A stretch of 64,000 bases of DNA from an uncultured Candidatus Saccharibacteria bacterium (lineage in GTDB: Bacteria; Patescibacteriota; Saccharimonadia; Saccharimonadales; Saccharimonadaceae), in assembly GCA_937875955.1 (NCBI GenBank), contig CALFHE010000016.1:15712-79711 (forward strand). Direction: 5' to 3'. Shown one piece after another: positions 62,218 to 64,000 of the stretch; the stretch's first letter is position 1; every line of letters starts with the position of its first letter. A model generated the notes under the pieces. It was not told where the DNA came from. It did no database searches and was given only the letters and a program-made list of their open reading frames with translations. A program made the translations under genes and the position numbers.

Positions 62218-62656
62218 TGTCGGACTCCTCCACGAGAGTACGGAGTGCCGTGCCAAGCACGCCATTCACAAACTTACCCGAGTTATCCGAACCGAACGCT
62301 TTCGCTAATTCTACCGCTTCGTTAATCACCACTTTCGGCGGAACGGTATCTGCACAATATAGCAATTCATATAAACCAATTCTAAGTACCGCCCGATCAA
62401 TTCGCGGCAACTGACTAATAGGCCATTCTGGCGCCAATGGTTGCAATTTCTCGTCCAATTGACTCTGCGTCGAAAGTACGCCACTGATCAAATTATCAAT
62501 AAATTCAATATCGTCAACCGATGATTTATATTCAGCCAAATTACGCTTTAAAATAGTCTTATAATCAACATCGCTATCACCAACCTCTTTGCGAAATTCA
62601 TGTTCATAAAGTGTTTGCAGTGCGACAATTCGTCCCAAATGACGGTTTGATGCCAT
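62198..62656 (-). CDS. nusB: Transcription antitermination factor NusB
   Basis: NusB-family sequence of 152 aa. Confidence 0.9.
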   Translation of the reverse strand: MASNRHLGRIVALQTLYEHEFRKEVGDSDVDYKTILKRNLAEYKSSVDDIEFIDNLISGVLSTQSQLDEKLQPLAPEWPISQLPRIDRAVLRIGLYELLYCADTVPPKVVINEAVELAKAFGSDNSGKFVNGVLGTALRTLVEESDSENKQL

Positions 62657-62680
62657 TATTAAGCGTCCTGTTCGTAATTA

Positions 62681-62827
62681 TTATTTTGTTGTTTTACCAG
62701 TTTCACGCTTGGTTGTTTTTACCTTAACTGGTGAAGTTGCGTTAACACGACGTGCTAATTTTAATACCAAGTGGCTGCGACGAAGACCAGTTTTACGTGG
62801 ACTACTCTGTTTCTTAGGTTGTGCCAT
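62681..62827 (-). CDS. rpmF: 50S ribosomal protein L32 (48 aa; absent from the supplied ORF track)
   Basis: My translation is MAQPKKQSSPRKTGLRRSHLVLKLARRVNATSPVKVKTTKRETGKTTK. It has an L32-like N-terminus (PKK..S..R...RRSH) and is preceded by GAGGAGAA. Confidence 0.8.
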   Translation of the reverse strand: MAQPKKQSSPRKTGLRRSHLVLKLARRVNATSPVKVKTTKRETGKTTK

Positions 62828-62926
62828 AATTTATTCTCCTCTTTTAGGTTGTCATAAAACTTACGTACTATTATACCTTTTTTATTGGACAATCTCAAGA
62901 GCTTGTCTGCAAATTAGATAATAATA

Positions 62927-62955
62927 TTGACTTTTTATGTCGTTTATGTTAATGT
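62927..62955 (+). promoter_or_regulatory. TTGACT-17-TAATGT promoter placed 6 nt before an ATG; leaderless signature
   Basis: -35 at 62927, -10 at 62950-62955, and ATG at 62962. Confidence 0.5.
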
Positions 62956-62961
62956 TAAGAC

Positions 62962-63498
62962 ATGAGTGAAAAACAATTTACATCACAAAGTAACGGTAAA
63001 GATGATTTAACTGCATTGATAGACGAGATTTATTCAAAAAAATCCACGGAAATAACAGCCTTAATGGATGCTGTATTTACTAAATCAGATAGCTATGATA
63101 GCACTAGTATGATACCAGAGACTCGGACGGACGAGGAAATAAGTGACACCCCAGAGAAAAACAACAAAAACCTACCAACCAAAATAGCCGTAGGAGCACT
63201 AGCTGCAGCTGTGGCCATAGGCGGTATCGTTGGGTTGGATAAACTCACAGGAAGAACTGCTTCTGCAGAAATAACTATTCACAACCCAGAAAAGGCACGA
63301 GAGCAGATATGCGACACACAGGCTACACTAGAAGAGAGTCTAGGATTGCCTAAATCTACCAGCTACGATAGTTTTCGAGGATGCGACGGAACAACCGACA
63401 TGGCCACCAAAGAAGGATTGGATCCAGGAGACAAAGTCGAGATTACTGTTACCACTGGAGCGGCTGCAGCAAAGAAAGTCGAAAACCCGAATAACTAA
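62962..63498 (+). CDS. Single-pass membrane protein (178 aa, AT-rich orphan)
   Basis: An acidic N-terminal region, one TM helix (IAVGALAAAVAIGGIVGL), and a small C-terminal domain. It overlaps the leuS stop by 4 nt. Confidence 0.55.
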   Translation: MSEKQFTSQSNGKDDLTALIDEIYSKKSTEITALMDAVFTKSDSYDSTSMIPETRTDEEISDTPEKNNKNLPTKIAVGALAAAVAIGGIVGLDKLTGRTASAEITIHNPEKAREQICDTQATLEESLGLPKSTSYDSFRGCDGTTDMATKEGLDPGDKVEITVTTGAAAAKKVENPNN

Positions 63499-64000
63499 AC
63501 CACAATATTCACCAGCTTACCTGGAACATAAACCATCTTTTTAGGTGGTTTATTGTTTGTGAATTTCTGGACATTTTCGTCAGCCAGAGCCGCCGCTTCA
63601 ACACCTTGCTTATCAGTACCACTCGGCAGTTCAAGTTTCGCACGAAGCTTGCCATTCACTTGAACTATAATAGTCATCACACTGCTCTTTAGATATTTTT
63701 CATCCCACTTTGGCCAGTGACCAACGTGAACCGTATCATCATGACTCATTTCATGCCACAATTCCTCTGTGATATGCGGAGCAAAAGGCGCCAAAATCTG
63801 AATCAAGCTCTCTAATGCAAATCGCCATTCATCTGACATGTCAATTCCGTGCGATTCTTTTATCTTATACAGACCATTGACCATTTCCATCATCGAAGCC
63901 ACGGCCGTGTTAAACTTCTCATCTTCAATGTCACGAGTAACTTTTTTAATCGTCAAATGAGTTAATCGCAATAATTCTTGAGCTGTTTTTTCATCCGCAC
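63495..64000 (-). CDS. leuS: Leucine--tRNA ligase, C-terminal part (5' end lies outside the window)
   Basis: The frame is open to the window edge, and the C-terminus is LeuRS-like (KFNTAVASMMEMVN ... VQVNGKLRAKLELP). Confidence 0.9.
   Translation of the reverse strand, partial: ADEKTAQELLRLTHLTIKKVTRDIEDEKFNTAVASMMEMVNGLYKIKESHGIDMSDEWRFALESLIQILAPFAPHITEELWHEMSHDDTVHVGHWPKWDEKYLKSSVMTIIVQVNGKLRAKLELPSGTDKQGVEAAALADENVQKFTNNKPPKKMVYVPGKLVNIVV

Noticed and set aside
1-64000. Search for CRISPR arrays, transposases, integrases, reverse transcriptase/DGR repeats, rRNA, tmRNA, RNase P RNA or SRP RNA
   Set aside because: I saw no regularly spaced direct repeats, no DDE/tyrosine/serine recombinase-like or YxDD-containing ORFs, and no rRNA-like conserved blocks. 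Small structured RNAs cannot be excluded by eye, and an Infernal/Rfam scan would be needed.

Overview
This is a gene-dense chromosomal window, about 60 protein genes mostly on the minus strand, from a small-genome, moderately AT-rich bacterium. The gene content looks like Patescibacteria/CPR, possibly Saccharibacteria-like. That rests on informational genes (radA, clpC, nusA, dnaE, uvrB, gatCAB, pheS/pheT, leuS, rnc, nusB, trmD, rplS, rpmF), a compact sugar-phosphate block (gap, rpiB, rpe, split tkt, fba, pfkB), a PilB-type ATPase, many small membrane proteins and no biosynthetic operons. The taxonomic call is inference only. I found one tRNA-Gln(CUG) and no rRNA, CRISPR array, transposase, integrase or reverse transcriptase. 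The main result is six self-contained, visibly G+C-rich, plus-strand single-gene cassettes at about 11.3, 12.2, 20.2, 36.1, 39.5 and 59.6 kb. Each has a TTGACx-17nt-TAtAxx promoter, a stem-loop starting at the predicted transcript 5' end, a Shine-Dalgarno site, one orphan ORF with foreign-looking codon usage, and a GC-rich terminal hairpin. Each sits tail-to-tail against a minus-strand core gene. Two loci keep short fossil copies of flanking core-gene ends: the yraN 3' end at 12103-12199, and a pheS 3' end joined to a HIT 5' end at 52982-53057. These copies differ from the functional genes almost only at synonymous sites. That suggests accessory cassettes from related lineages were stacked in tandem by homology-anchored recombination rather than by a classical mobile element. 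Many native and AT-rich accessory genes show a leaderless signature (TATAAT, 6 nt, ATG), in contrast to the long structured leaders of the GC-rich cassettes. All cassette functions are unknown, and nothing here was checked against databases.
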